Source of the DNA: Thermoplasmata archaeon
GTDB lineage: Archaea > Thermoplasmatota > Thermoplasmata > Lutacidiplasmatales > UBA184
NCBI GenBank assembly: GCA_035504595.1
Contig: DATJRQ010000004.1
Coordinates: 33,613 to 97,612, forward strand
Direction: 5' to 3'
DNA length: 64,000 nucleotides
The notes under the pieces are model-generated. The model saw nothing but the letters and a program-made list of their open reading frames with translations, did not search any database and was not told the origin of the DNA. The first letter of the stretch is position 1. Every line of letters starts with the position of its first letter. Made by a program: the position numbers and the translations under genes. This document shows positions 33,995 through 43,078 of the stretch, piece after piece.

Positions 33995-34041
33995 CGATCG
34001 GCCGAGCCCCCCTTTTAGTAGCCTTCCCGGCTCCCGCGGGC

Positions 34042-34701
34042 ATGCCCGGTGCCCGACGCGTTCACGACCTGACCGCCCGACTCGAGTCGTTCATGCCGGT
34101 GTGGCCCGGCTCGCCGCTCCCGACGTTCGAGCCCGCCGGCATCGTCGCCAAGGACGGGTACTCGATCGAACGGATCAGCTGCATGAGCCACACCGGGACG
34201 CACATGGACGCTCCGTACCACTTCGTCGAGGACGGACTGACGGTCGACCGGATCCCCCCCGAACAGCTCGTCGGACGCGCGGCGGTCCTGGACGTCCGGA
34301 ACGACCTCGACGGGGCGATCATCTCGACCGCCGCGCTCGAGAAGCACTGGCCCGAGAGAGGACGGCCCGAGATCGTCCTGCTGCGCAGCGACTGGAGCCG
34401 CAAGCGAGCACCGACCAAGGAGTACCTGTTCGACTTCCCCGGCCTCGACCCGAGGGCCGCCGAATTCCTGGCCTCGAGGTCGGTGAAAGGCGTCGGCACG
34501 GATACGCTCGGGATCGACCCGTACTCGAACACGAAGTTCGAAGCCCACAAGGTGCTCCTCCGCAAGGGGATCTGGATCCTCGAAGCCCTCGACAATCTCG
34601 CGGCCCTCGCGGAAGGGGTCGAGTACACGGTCGTCGCGGCCCCGATCAAGATCGCCGGGGGCAGCGGCGGAATGGCGCGCGTCTTCGCCCTCGAAGAGTA
34701 G
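34042..34701 (+). CDS. cyclase-family protein (kynurenine formamidase-like fold)
   Basis: Contains the HTGTHMDAPYHF motif. 219 aa. Confidence 0.8.
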   Translation: MPGARRVHDLTARLESFMPVWPGSPLPTFEPAGIVAKDGYSIERISCMSHTGTHMDAPYHFVEDGLTVDRIPPEQLVGRAAVLDVRNDLDGAIISTAALEKHWPERGRPEIVLLRSDWSRKRAPTKEYLFDFPGLDPRAAEFLASRSVKGVGTDTLGIDPYSNTKFEAHKVLLRKGIWILEALDNLAALAEGVEYTVVAAPIKIAGGSGGMARVFALEE

Positions 34702-34710
34702 GGGCGCCCC

Positions 34711-35508
34711 GTGTCGCCACTCACATCCGGACTGCAGGGCGCGCGGGTCCTCGTCACGGCGGCCAGCCAGGGGATCGGGTACGGAGCGGCGGCATCCCTG
34801 CTGGACGAGGGCGCTCGGGTCGTGGTGAATGGGTCGAATCCGGAACGTCTGCGCGCCGCGGTCGATCGGCTGGCGGCGCGGGGGGCCGTCCGTGGGGTCG
34901 TCGCCGACTTGAGCCGAGGTGCGGAGCTGGACCGGCTGCTCACCGAAACGGTCCGCGAGCTGGGCGGGTTGGATGCCCTCGTCTACGTCACCGGCTCCCC
35001 TCACCCCGGTCTCTTCCTCGAACAGTCCTACGAGGACTGGGAACGCGCGTCGGCGCTTCTCGTCGTCAGTCCGGCCTACCTGGCCCGCAAGGCCGCTGAG
35101 GCGATGCTCGCGTCCGGCTCGAAGGGTCGGATGGTGTTCCTCACCTCGGTCGCCATCCGGGAGCCGATCCCCAATCTCGCGACCTCGAGCGTGTGCCGCA
35201 TCGCGGTCGCCGGGTTGGTCCGGACCCTGGCCCGCGAGCTCGGGCCGAAGGGAATCCGGGTGAATGGGATCCTTCCCGGCTACATCCGCACCTCTCGAGT
35301 CGACGAGGTCGCCGAGGACGCGGCTCGTCGACGCGGCATCGCGCCCGCCGAAGTGATCCGGGGAATCGAGCACGACATCCCGCTCGGACGGATCGGGACG
35401 ACCGAGGAGCTCGCGCGAGCGGTCGTGTTCCTGGCGAGCGAGATGTCGAGCTACGTGTCGGGGGCCATGTTACCCGTCGACGGCGGACTCCTGCGGTCCA
35501 CCGGATGA
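34711..35508 (+). CDS. short-chain dehydrogenase/reductase family protein with a non-canonical active site
   Basis: The cofactor motif is TAASQGIGYG. At the position of the catalytic YxxxK the sequence reads S-S-V-C-R (SxxxR). GTG start. Confidence 0.8.
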   Translation: MSPLTSGLQGARVLVTAASQGIGYGAAASLLDEGARVVVNGSNPERLRAAVDRLAARGAVRGVVADLSRGAELDRLLTETVRELGGLDALVYVTGSPHPGLFLEQSYEDWERASALLVVSPAYLARKAAEAMLASGSKGRMVFLTSVAIREPIPNLATSSVCRIAVAGLVRTLARELGPKGIRVNGILPGYIRTSRVDEVAEDAARRRGIAPAEVIRGIEHDIPLGRIGTTEELARAVVFLASEMSSYVSGAMLPVDGGLLRSTG

Positions 35509-35514
35509 GCAAGC

Positions 35515-35871
35515 CTACGCTCGGTCGGGTCGCACCGTTTCGTGCAGGAACTCTTCGCGCCTCGGCGTGAACACGTCCAGCACGATCGTCGGGGTCTTCG
35601 CGTCCGCCCGGAGCTCGTGGGCCACCCCGCCCGGGATCGTGTACGAGGACCCGACCTTCAGGGTCCACGTCTCGGACCCTACCTCGAAAAGCCCCCCGCC
35701 CTGAAGGACCGTACCGGACTGGACGTGCGGGTGGGTGTGCTTCGCGAACGTGCTGCCGGGCGCGATCCGGTAGAGGACCATCATGACCGTGCTGTCGTGC
35801 GCCAGGATCCGGCGCTGGACTCCGGGTTGGATCTCGTGCCAGGCCTCGGGCTTGTCGTCCCACAACGGCAT
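35515..35871 (-). CDS. cupin-domain protein
   Basis: 118 aa with cupin motifs G..F.KHTHPH....VL.G and GGVAHEL. Confidence 0.75.
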   Translation of the reverse strand: MPLWDDKPEAWHEIQPGVQRRILAHDSTVMMVLYRIAPGSTFAKHTHPHVQSGTVLQGGGLFEVGSETWTLKVGSSYTIPGGVAHELRADAKTPTIVLDVFTPRREEFLHETVRPDRA

Positions 35872-35918
35872 GGGCCTCCCACACCGGGGGCGCTATTTCT
35901 GCGTGCCGGCCGCGCGGC

Positions 35919-37058
35919 TCACCGGAGCGCCTGCCGGAGGTCCTCGACGAGGTCGTCCGCGTCTTCCACTCCGACGCTGAACCGGAGCAACCCGTCGGTG
36001 ATTCCCTGCTTCGCCCGGAGCTCCTTTGGCACGGAACGGTGGGTCATCAGCGCGGGGACGTTCACGAGCGACTCCACCCCGCCCAGACTTTCGGCCAGTG
36101 TAAACACCTTCAGGCGGCGGACCACCCGGCGGGCGGCCGGAAGCCCACCCCGGATCTCCGCGGAGACCATGCCTCCGAAGTCGTCCATCTGCCGCCGGGC
36201 GACCGCATGACCCGGATGACGGGGGAGCCCCGGGTGCAACGTGCGCGCGACACGCGGATGGGTCGAAAGGAACGACGCGACGCGGCGAGCGTTCGTGCAG
36301 TGGGCGCGCACCCGGAGTCCCATCGTGTGGATCCCGCGCAGGACGAGGAAACACTCGAGGGGGCCGGGTACGCCCCCCTGCGTGTTCTGGTACCAGCGAT
36401 ACTTTTCGAGGAGCCCTTTCGAGCGGAACACGAGCGCTCCCCCGATGAGGTCGCTGTGACCCCCGAGGTACTTCGTCGTGGAGTGGACGACCACGTCCGC
36501 ACCGAACTCCAGGGGCCGCTGCAGCACCGGCGAGGCGAAGGTGTTGTCCACCGCGACCCGAGTTCGGCGAGCTCGCGCCACGTCGATCGCCCCGCGGAGG
36601 TCGGTGACCTTCAGGAGCGGATTGGTCGGCGTCTCGAGGTACAGCAGGTCCGTGCGCGGCCCGGTCGTCAGCGCCCGACGCACGTTCGCGAGGTCGGAGG
36701 TATCGATGAATTCGACATGAACGCCGTGCGTCCGTGCCACTTGCAGCAGCCGCCACGTCCCCGCGTAGAGGTCGTCACCGGCCACGATCCGGCTCCCGCT
36801 CGGATACGCCATCAACAACGCGGAGGTCGCGGCGAGCCCCGATCCGAAGGCGAGCGCGCCCGCGCCGCCCTCGAGCCGCCCGAGCACACGCTCGAGCACC
36901 GCTCGGGTCGGGTTTCCCGTTCGGGAGTAGACGAACCCTTTCGCGACCCCGGGGGCCGACTCCGCGTACGTGGAGGTGAGGTACACCGGGACATTCACGG
37001 CGCCGGTCAGCGGGTCCGGTTCCTGCCCGTCGTGGATGAGCCGCGTGTCCCAGTTCAT
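35919..37058 (-). CDS. Cys/Met-metabolism PLP enzyme (cystathionine gamma-synthase / gamma-lyase / beta-lyase family)
   Basis: Motifs are YSRTGNPT, ETPTNPLLKV and the PLP-lysine motif HSTTKYLGGHSD. Confidence 0.9.
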   Translation of the reverse strand: MNWDTRLIHDGQEPDPLTGAVNVPVYLTSTYAESAPGVAKGFVYSRTGNPTRAVLERVLGRLEGGAGALAFGSGLAATSALLMAYPSGSRIVAGDDLYAGTWRLLQVARTHGVHVEFIDTSDLANVRRALTTGPRTDLLYLETPTNPLLKVTDLRGAIDVARARRTRVAVDNTFASPVLQRPLEFGADVVVHSTTKYLGGHSDLIGGALVFRSKGLLEKYRWYQNTQGGVPGPLECFLVLRGIHTMGLRVRAHCTNARRVASFLSTHPRVARTLHPGLPRHPGHAVARRQMDDFGGMVSAEIRGGLPAARRVVRRLKVFTLAESLGGVESLVNVPALMTHRSVPKELRAKQGITDGLLRFSVGVEDADDLVEDLRQALR

Positions 37059-37224
37059 CGGCCGCCCGACCGACTACACGGCGGCGGGCTTCAAGGATTC
37101 GGCGGTTCCCGGTCGGACGTTGAGCGGCCGGCGTGCTGACGATACCATATTAATAGCACGAAGAAATCCGCGTGACAACCCCTAGCTCGGGTCCGGGCCG
37201 CGGGCGAGGTGCGGGAGAATCAAC

Positions 37225-38874
37225 GTGGCGCCTGCAACGGAGACGGAATCGGCGGGAACCGTGGTGAATGTGCCCGGGACGCAAGTGGCGCACGAGGCGT
37301 CGAGCCCGGACGTTTACGTTCGGCAGTCCTCTGGTCTCGTTCGCACCGTCAGCGCCCGCACCGCCCTCCTCGCGAATCTCGTGGGAATGGGCATCATTGT
37401 CAATTTTTTCTGGATCACCGAGGCGTCCGCGTTCTACCCGAACGCGAACCTCATCACGACGGTCGCCATCGGGGTCACGATCAACGTCGCGGTCGGATAC
37501 GTCTACTGGATGCTGGCGAGCGCGATGCCGCGGTCGGGCGGGGACTACATCTTCGTCGGGCGAATCTTCCACCCGTCGATCGGCCTCGGCGTTAACCTGC
37601 TCTTCTCGGTCGTCTTCGTTACCTGGGCGGGGCTGTTCTCGTTCTTTACCGCCTACTATGCCATCCCCACGATGTTGTCGGCCTACTCGTACGCGGGTGG
37701 GGGAAGCGGCGCCCTCACCACCGCGACGACCCTCTGGTCGAGCACGAACGACGCCTTCATCGTCGGATTCGTCGTGCTCCTCATCGTCATTCTCGTAAGC
37801 CTGCTCCCGACGAAATGGATCTTCCGAGTTTCGGTCGGACTGTTCGTTGGCTCGGCAATCGTATTCGCGATCATGATCGGCATTTTGATCGCCACCCCTC
37901 AGTCGGCGTTCGTAGCGGACTTCAATGCGCACCCGGTCTACGGAAGCAGCTACTCGAGCCTGGTCGACGCCGTGCCGATCACCGCGACGGGAACCTTCCT
38001 CGGCGTTGTCTACACGATGCTGAGCTTCATCGGTTACGCGAACAGCTCCTACTACGGCGGTGAGATCCGGGGCAACCCGACGCGGACGCAAGGGCTCGCC
38101 ATCTTCGGCGCGCCGATCATCTTCGCGATCCTGATCGCCGCCCTGTACGCTGCCTCCTACTACACCTTCGGGCGGGGCTTCCTGATCGGGATCAGCTCGA
38201 GCTACTTCGGAGCGCCGGCGCCGTACTGGCCGGGGCCACTGTTCCTCGCTGCGGCGATCGTCCGGGTTCCGATCCTCGCGGCGTTCCTTTCGTTCGGTCT
38301 CGTCCTGACGTTCTTTGGGTTCGCGTTGATTTACTTCATCCTTCCGACCCGGAACCTGTTCGCCTGGTCGTTCGACCGGATTTTCCCGACCTTCCTTACC
38401 CGAGTGACCAAGAACGGAGTCCCGTACGTGGCGGTCCTCGTCCTGGGTTTCTTCTCGATGGTCGCGCTCTGGATCCAGACGTACTACCCGACCTACTTCG
38501 ACTACGCGACGCTCGGGTACTCGAATTTCGGGTTCTGGTTCGCCGTCGGTATCGTTTGTCTCGCCGGCGCGCTCTTCCCGTTCCTCCGGAAGCGACAGTA
38601 CTCGCAAGCCCCGGCCATCGTCCGGGCCCGGATCGGTCCCGTGCCGATCCTCTCGATCGTCGGGTTTGCGGCAACCGGGGCCTCCTGGTTCGTCAGCTAC
38701 GCCGCCTCGACCGGAAACTACCTCGGCATTACGAGCGGTTACAGTCTGAACGAGCTGCTGTTCCTGCCCGTCGTGTTCGTGATTGGGATCGTGATCTACT
38801 TCGTCTCGTACGCGATCCAGAGGGCGCGCGGGGTCCCCGTCGACCTCATCAACAAGGAGCTGCCGCCGGACTGA
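37225..38874 (+). CDS. APC-superfamily amino acid/polyamine permease
   Basis: 549 aa with ~12 TM helices and the APC-like motif SAMPRSGGDYIF. GTG start. Confidence 0.8.
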   Translation: MAPATETESAGTVVNVPGTQVAHEASSPDVYVRQSSGLVRTVSARTALLANLVGMGIIVNFFWITEASAFYPNANLITTVAIGVTINVAVGYVYWMLASAMPRSGGDYIFVGRIFHPSIGLGVNLLFSVVFVTWAGLFSFFTAYYAIPTMLSAYSYAGGGSGALTTATTLWSSTNDAFIVGFVVLLIVILVSLLPTKWIFRVSVGLFVGSAIVFAIMIGILIATPQSAFVADFNAHPVYGSSYSSLVDAVPITATGTFLGVVYTMLSFIGYANSSYYGGEIRGNPTRTQGLAIFGAPIIFAILIAALYAASYYTFGRGFLIGISSSYFGAPAPYWPGPLFLAAAIVRVPILAAFLSFGLVLTFFGFALIYFILPTRNLFAWSFDRIFPTFLTRVTKNGVPYVAVLVLGFFSMVALWIQTYYPTYFDYATLGYSNFGFWFAVGIVCLAGALFPFLRKRQYSQAPAIVRARIGPVPILSIVGFAATGASWFVSYAASTGNYLGITSGYSLNELLFLPVVFVIGIVIYFVSYAIQRARGVPVDLINKELPPD

Positions 38875-38926
38875 GACCGGAGCCGACCACCCCCCTTAAG
38901 GGGAGTTTCCGCCCTCGCTCCCTCCC

Positions 38927-39961
38927 GTGTCCCACAGCGTGGAACTGACCATCGACCCGCTGCGCGGGGAGAAGCTTTCGATCGATCTCCCGCCCGAGTT
39001 TCGCACCCCCGTGCCCCGAGCTCGGAGCGAGCTCGGGCTGCCGGAGTGGGTGGACACGAGCGACCCGATGGTCGCCCGGGCGATCGCGTTGCTCGCGGCG
39101 GCCCGACGGCACGCGCCCGACCTCCACCTTGCGCTGCTCGGAGGCGCAGCCCACCGGTTCCGCTGCATTGCCAGCAACCGACCGGACCTGGGCCTTCGGC
39201 GGGATCTCCACGACCTCGACCTCGCGTGTCTCCACAAGGAGCTCTCGAAGGTCCGCGCGTTCCTCCAGACCGTCCGGACCCAGGAGGGGAGCGGCCTCCA
39301 GTTCTTCGAGACGAACGGCGACAAGATCTTCAACGCGATGGGCGAGGGACGGCGACTCCGGTACCACTTCGTGGCGGAGCAGACCGACGCGGGAGTTCGA
39401 CTCGCCACGCTCGACCTGCTCGCGGACGAGTTCCGTTTTTGCCATCGGTTCGACCTTCGACCCGATGTCACCTCGGCCACCTCGCAAGGCGGTACACTCA
39501 CTCCCACCCTGCTCCTCCTCACGAAGCTCCAGTACGTCCAGAGGATCCCCGGTGCGGACCGAGAGCGGGTCACGCCCGACCGGATACTCGAGCCGTTCGG
39601 CCGTCACGACCTGATCATCGGCCCCGAATCGAAGGATGTCAAGGACGTGATCGCGCTCCTCATCGACCTCCCGATCGCGGAGACGCCGGACGGAATCTCC
39701 CCCAGCCGGATCGAGGCTCTCGCCGGGACGGATTGGGGTCTCTGGCACACCCTCTCGTTGAACGTCGAGATGATCGAACGGTCTCCGATCCTGGCGGGAT
39801 TGCCGGCCGGACCCCGAGTCCAAGTGCGCAGCCGGCTCACGGGCCTGTCGTCGCTGCTGGCCTCCCTGCACCCGAAGCGCCGACTGGGTTTTCTCGGGGG
39901 GATGTGGTTCGAAGAGGTCGATGCGGTTCCCGCGGCGGATACGACGATCCGCGCCGGATGA
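38927..39961 (+). CDS. hypothetical protein (possible Pol-beta-fold nucleotidyltransferase-like N-terminal half)
   Basis: 344 aa with strong G/C third-position bias. LLGGAAHRF...x...DLHDLDLACL loosely resembles the G[GS]...DxD NTase motif. GTG start. Confidence 0.65.
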   Translation: MSHSVELTIDPLRGEKLSIDLPPEFRTPVPRARSELGLPEWVDTSDPMVARAIALLAAARRHAPDLHLALLGGAAHRFRCIASNRPDLGLRRDLHDLDLACLHKELSKVRAFLQTVRTQEGSGLQFFETNGDKIFNAMGEGRRLRYHFVAEQTDAGVRLATLDLLADEFRFCHRFDLRPDVTSATSQGGTLTPTLLLLTKLQYVQRIPGADRERVTPDRILEPFGRHDLIIGPESKDVKDVIALLIDLPIAETPDGISPSRIEALAGTDWGLWHTLSLNVEMIERSPILAGLPAGPRVQVRSRLTGLSSLLASLHPKRRLGFLGGMWFEEVDAVPAADTTIRAG

Positions 39962-39970
39962 ACTTGTCGC

Positions 39971-40963
39971 TCAGCCCTCGGTGAGCACCGCGGACGTCAC
40001 CGCGGTACCGTTCAAGTCGACGATCGCCCCGAGCAGCTTCCCTTCGGAGTAGGCGCTCCCACAGTTCACCGCGAGCGTCCGCCCGAAACTGGTCCGGCCC
40101 CGGGACTCGTGAATGTGACCGTGCAGACCCAAGAGGGGCTGGTGTTTCTCGAGCGCCCCCCGAACGGCGGTGCTCCCCACGTGGGCCAGTTCCGGCTCGC
40201 CGCCGGCGGTCATCACCTTGGTCAGTTTTGCATCGAGGCGCGGCGCGATGTCGAGCGGGGTGTTGTACGGGGGAACGTGGAAGTTGAAGATCGCGGACTC
40301 CGGGTGCTCCAGCCGTTCGGCGAGCGCATCGACCCGACGAGTGATCTCCTCCTCGGGCAGCTCGCGGTGCGTCTTCCACGGGGTGGGGTTGCTGTAGGCG
40401 AGCGTCACGACCTCACGTCCGTCATCGAGGTGGAGGATGGACGGGTCGGTCAGCTCCGCGACGGGGTCGGCGTCGATGACCGGCTCCATCGAGGTGAAGT
40501 CGTCGTTCCCCAGCCCGATCAGGAGTCGGGAGGCGTCCGCGTCGAGCCGTTCGCGGGCCCAGTCCAGCCAGAGTTTGAGCTCGGCGACCGAGCACTCCTC
40601 GAACTTTCGGTCCAGCGCGCCGGGGGTCTGGAGCAGCTCCTGCCACTCCGAGGGGGTGGTCCGGTACGGGAGGGTGGCCTCGTTCCGCATCGCCGCCTCG
40701 AGCGCCCGGAGCTCCTCGTCGGAGCTCGCGGTCCGCCGCTTCCCCTCGACCGTGGCGACCCAGCCCCCGTTCGACTCCACGATCGGGGTCAGGGTCTTCG
40801 CGGCGATGTCGCCTCCGACGAGAAGGACATCCGCGCGGTACACTTTCGCGGCATTGATGAACTTCCGCCAGCAGACCGCCGAGCCGTGAAGGTCCGCGAC
40901 GAAGAAGATCCGCGTCGATTTCGCCAAAGAGAACCCACTCACCGGAAGAGACGGGAAACTCAC
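39971..40963 (-). CDS. metallophosphoesterase (calcineurin-like)
   Basis: Motifs are FFVADLHGS, VGGDI, GNDD, FHVPP and GHIHE. GTG start, preceded by a TTTCTATC box 23 nt upstream. Confidence 0.75.
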   Translation of the reverse strand: MSFPSLPVSGFSLAKSTRIFFVADLHGSAVCWRKFINAAKVYRADVLLVGGDIAAKTLTPIVESNGGWVATVEGKRRTASSDEELRALEAAMRNEATLPYRTTPSEWQELLQTPGALDRKFEECSVAELKLWLDWARERLDADASRLLIGLGNDDFTSMEPVIDADPVAELTDPSILHLDDGREVVTLAYSNPTPWKTHRELPEEEITRRVDALAERLEHPESAIFNFHVPPYNTPLDIAPRLDAKLTKVMTAGGEPELAHVGSTAVRGALEKHQPLLGLHGHIHESRGRTSFGRTLAVNCGSAYSEGKLLGAIVDLNGTAVTSAVLTEG

Positions 40964-41064
40964 AAAAGAGTGCCGGTCGGGAGCGGATAGAAATCCACGG
41001 CCCCGGGGGGAGGAGCGCCCTCCGGGGTGCGGGAAAGGGTTCGCGTGGGGGGCTGACGAGTCGC

Positions 41065-42738
41065 CTAGTCCTCGCCGAAGTCGCCGCCGCCCATCCCGCC
41101 CATGCCCCCCATGCCGCCCATACCGCCGCCGGGTCCACCGGGGCCGCCGCTGGGGGCCGGGCTCGACTTGGACGCGATGACGTCGTCGATCCGGAGGATC
41201 ATGACGGCCGCATCCGTGGCGCTCTCGATCGCCTGGCGTCCGACGCGGATCGGCTCGATGACATGCTGGTTCGCCATGTCGTCGACCTTCCCTGCGAGGA
41301 CGTTGACGCCGTAGGACTTGTGGCCGCCCTTGTGTGCCTTGCGCAGCTCGATCAGGATGTCGATCGGGTCGAGGCCCGCATTCTCCGCGAGCGTGCGGGG
41401 GATCGTCTCGAGGGCCTCCGCGAAGCTCTCGAACGCGATCTGCTCGCGTCCGCCGATCTTCGCCGCCTCGTCCCGGAGCTGCATCGCGAGCTCGCCCGCG
41501 GTCGCGCCGCCGCCGAAGACGTACCGTCCGTCCTCGACCGCCACCGCGACCACGTTGAGCGCATCATCGAGCGACCGCTCGATCTCGTCGAGCACGTGCT
41601 CGGTGCCGCCGCGGATCAGGATCGAGACCGCGCGGGCCTTCTTCGCGCCCGTGACGAAGGTCAGTGCGTCCTCGCCGATCTTGCGCTCCTCAACGAGTCC
41701 CGCCGTACCGACGTCTTGCGGAGTGAGTTCGCTGACCTTCGATACGATGTTCGCCCCGGTCGCCTTCGCGAGCTTCTCCATGTCGGACTTCTTGACACGG
41801 CGGACCGCGTAGATGCCGTCCTTCGCAAGGTAGTGCTGGGCGAGGTCGTCGATCCCCTTCTGGCAAAGGACCACGTTCGCGCCGGACTTCTTGACCTGCT
41901 CGACCATCCGCTTCAGCATGTTCTCCTCCTCCTGGAGGAACGCGTTCAGCTGGTTCGGATCGTTGATCTCGATCTTCGCGTCAATCTCGGTCTTCTTGAT
42001 CTCGAGTGCGGCGTCCAGGAGCGCGATCTTCGGGTTCTCGATGCGCGACGGCATTCCCGAGTGGACCTTCTCCTTGTCGACGATGACGCCCTCGATGAGG
42101 GAGGTGTCGGAGATCTGGCCGCCCTGCTTCTTGACGATCTGGATGTTGTCGAGGTCGACGTAGTGGCCCTCGCCCTTCTTCTCGGCGACGGCGCTGACCG
42201 CCTTCACCGCGATCTCGCCGAGCGCGTCCCGGTTGAACGAGACCGACTTCGACGCCATCGACGTGACGGCGATCTGGAGGAGCGTCTCGTGGTCGCTCGG
42301 GGTAAGCGGGTGGCTGATCTGCTGGAGGATCTGCAGCGCCTTCGAGGACGCCAGACGGTATCCCTGGGAGATGATCGTGGGGTGGATGTTCTGCTCGATG
42401 AGCGTCTCGGCGCGCTTGAGAAGCTCGCCGGTGAGCACGACCGCGGTGGTCGTTCCATCGCCCGCTTCCTGGTCCTGCGTCTTGGCGACCTCGACCAGCA
42501 TCTTCGCGGCCGGGTGCTCGACGTCCATTTCCTTCAGGATCGTGACGCCGTCGTTCGTGACGACCACGTCGCCCATCGAGTCGACCAGCATCTTGTCCAG
42601 TCCGCGGGGTCCGAGGGTGGACCGGACCGCGTCCGCGATCGCCTTCGCGGCCTGGATGTTGTTGTTGAGCGCTCCGCGTCCCTTCTCTCGCTTCGTCCCT
42701 TCTCGCAGCACCAGAATCGGCGTGTTTCCTGCCATCAT
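41065..42738 (-). CDS. ths: thermosome subunit (group II chaperonin)
   Basis: Motifs are [26 protein letters not shown] and the C-terminal [15 protein letters not shown] tail. ATG at 42736-42738 is preferred over the track GTG at 42750. Confidence 0.95.
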   Translation of the reverse strand: MMAGNTPILVLREGTKREKGRGALNNNIQAAKAIADAVRSTLGPRGLDKMLVDSMGDVVVTNDGVTILKEMDVEHPAAKMLVEVAKTQDQEAGDGTTTAVVLTGELLKRAETLIEQNIHPTIISQGYRLASSKALQILQQISHPLTPSDHETLLQIAVTSMASKSVSFNRDALGEIAVKAVSAVAEKKGEGHYVDLDNIQIVKKQGGQISDTSLIEGVIVDKEKVHSGMPSRIENPKIALLDAALEIKKTEIDAKIEINDPNQLNAFLQEEENMLKRMVEQVKKSGANVVLCQKGIDDLAQHYLAKDGIYAVRRVKKSDMEKLAKATGANIVSKVSELTPQDVGTAGLVEERKIGEDALTFVTGAKKARAVSILIRGGTEHVLDEIERSLDDALNVVAVAVEDGRYVFGGGATAGELAMQLRDEAAKIGGREQIAFESFAEALETIPRTLAENAGLDPIDILIELRKAHKGGHKSYGVNVLAGKVDDMANQHVIEPIRVGRQAIESATDAAVMILRIDDVIASKSSPAPSGGPGGPGGGMGGMGGMGGMGGGDFGED

Positions 42739-42793
42739 GTTCGTTGTCACTCGAGATTACTCTCGACTGTCAGGTTCAGTGAGTAAGCCCTTC

Positions 42794-42801
42794 TATTTAA
42801 A
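42794..42801 (-). promoter_or_regulatory. consensus archaeal TATA box TTTAAATA (minus strand) for the thermosome gene
   Basis: Exact TTTAAATA, 56 nt upstream of the thermosome ATG, within a 340-bp intergenic region. Confidence 0.55.
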
Positions 42802-43078
42802 CATGGCTGGGCGGCATTTAGGTCGAACGGCCGCACCGAGGGCCGCCGGTCCAGGGGAGATCCCGTTCCACGGCCGGAACGCCGACCCGAGGGCACCCCC
42901 GAGCGGGGCCGTCGCGAAGGCGTCCCCGCGACCCGCGGCCGTGCCGCTCGACCCCAACGCGCCGGCCGGGGACGAGGGCACCGTGACTCCCGGCGAGGGA
43001 CTCGGTCGGTGATCCCACCGGTCACCGCGCAGGCCGCTTCCGGCCGATTGATATCACCCAGGCCGCTCGGGACCGAGA

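Noticed and set aside
37141-37171. AT-rich patch CCATATTAATAGCACGAAGAAATCC between the divergent PLP-enzyme and APC-permease genes, considered as a special regulatory element.
   Set aside because: It most simply reads as ordinary bidirectional promoter sequence. It has no symmetry or repeat structure beyond AT-richness.
42803-43012. ATG-initiated 70-aa ORF (MAGRHLGRTAAPRAAGPGEIPFHG...) in the thermosome/MFS intergenic region.
   Set aside because: The ATG lies 2 nt from the thermosome TATA box, so it has no promoter room. The composition is Ala/Pro/Gly/Arg-rich, and it is the tail of a shadow ORF antisense to the thermosome gene.
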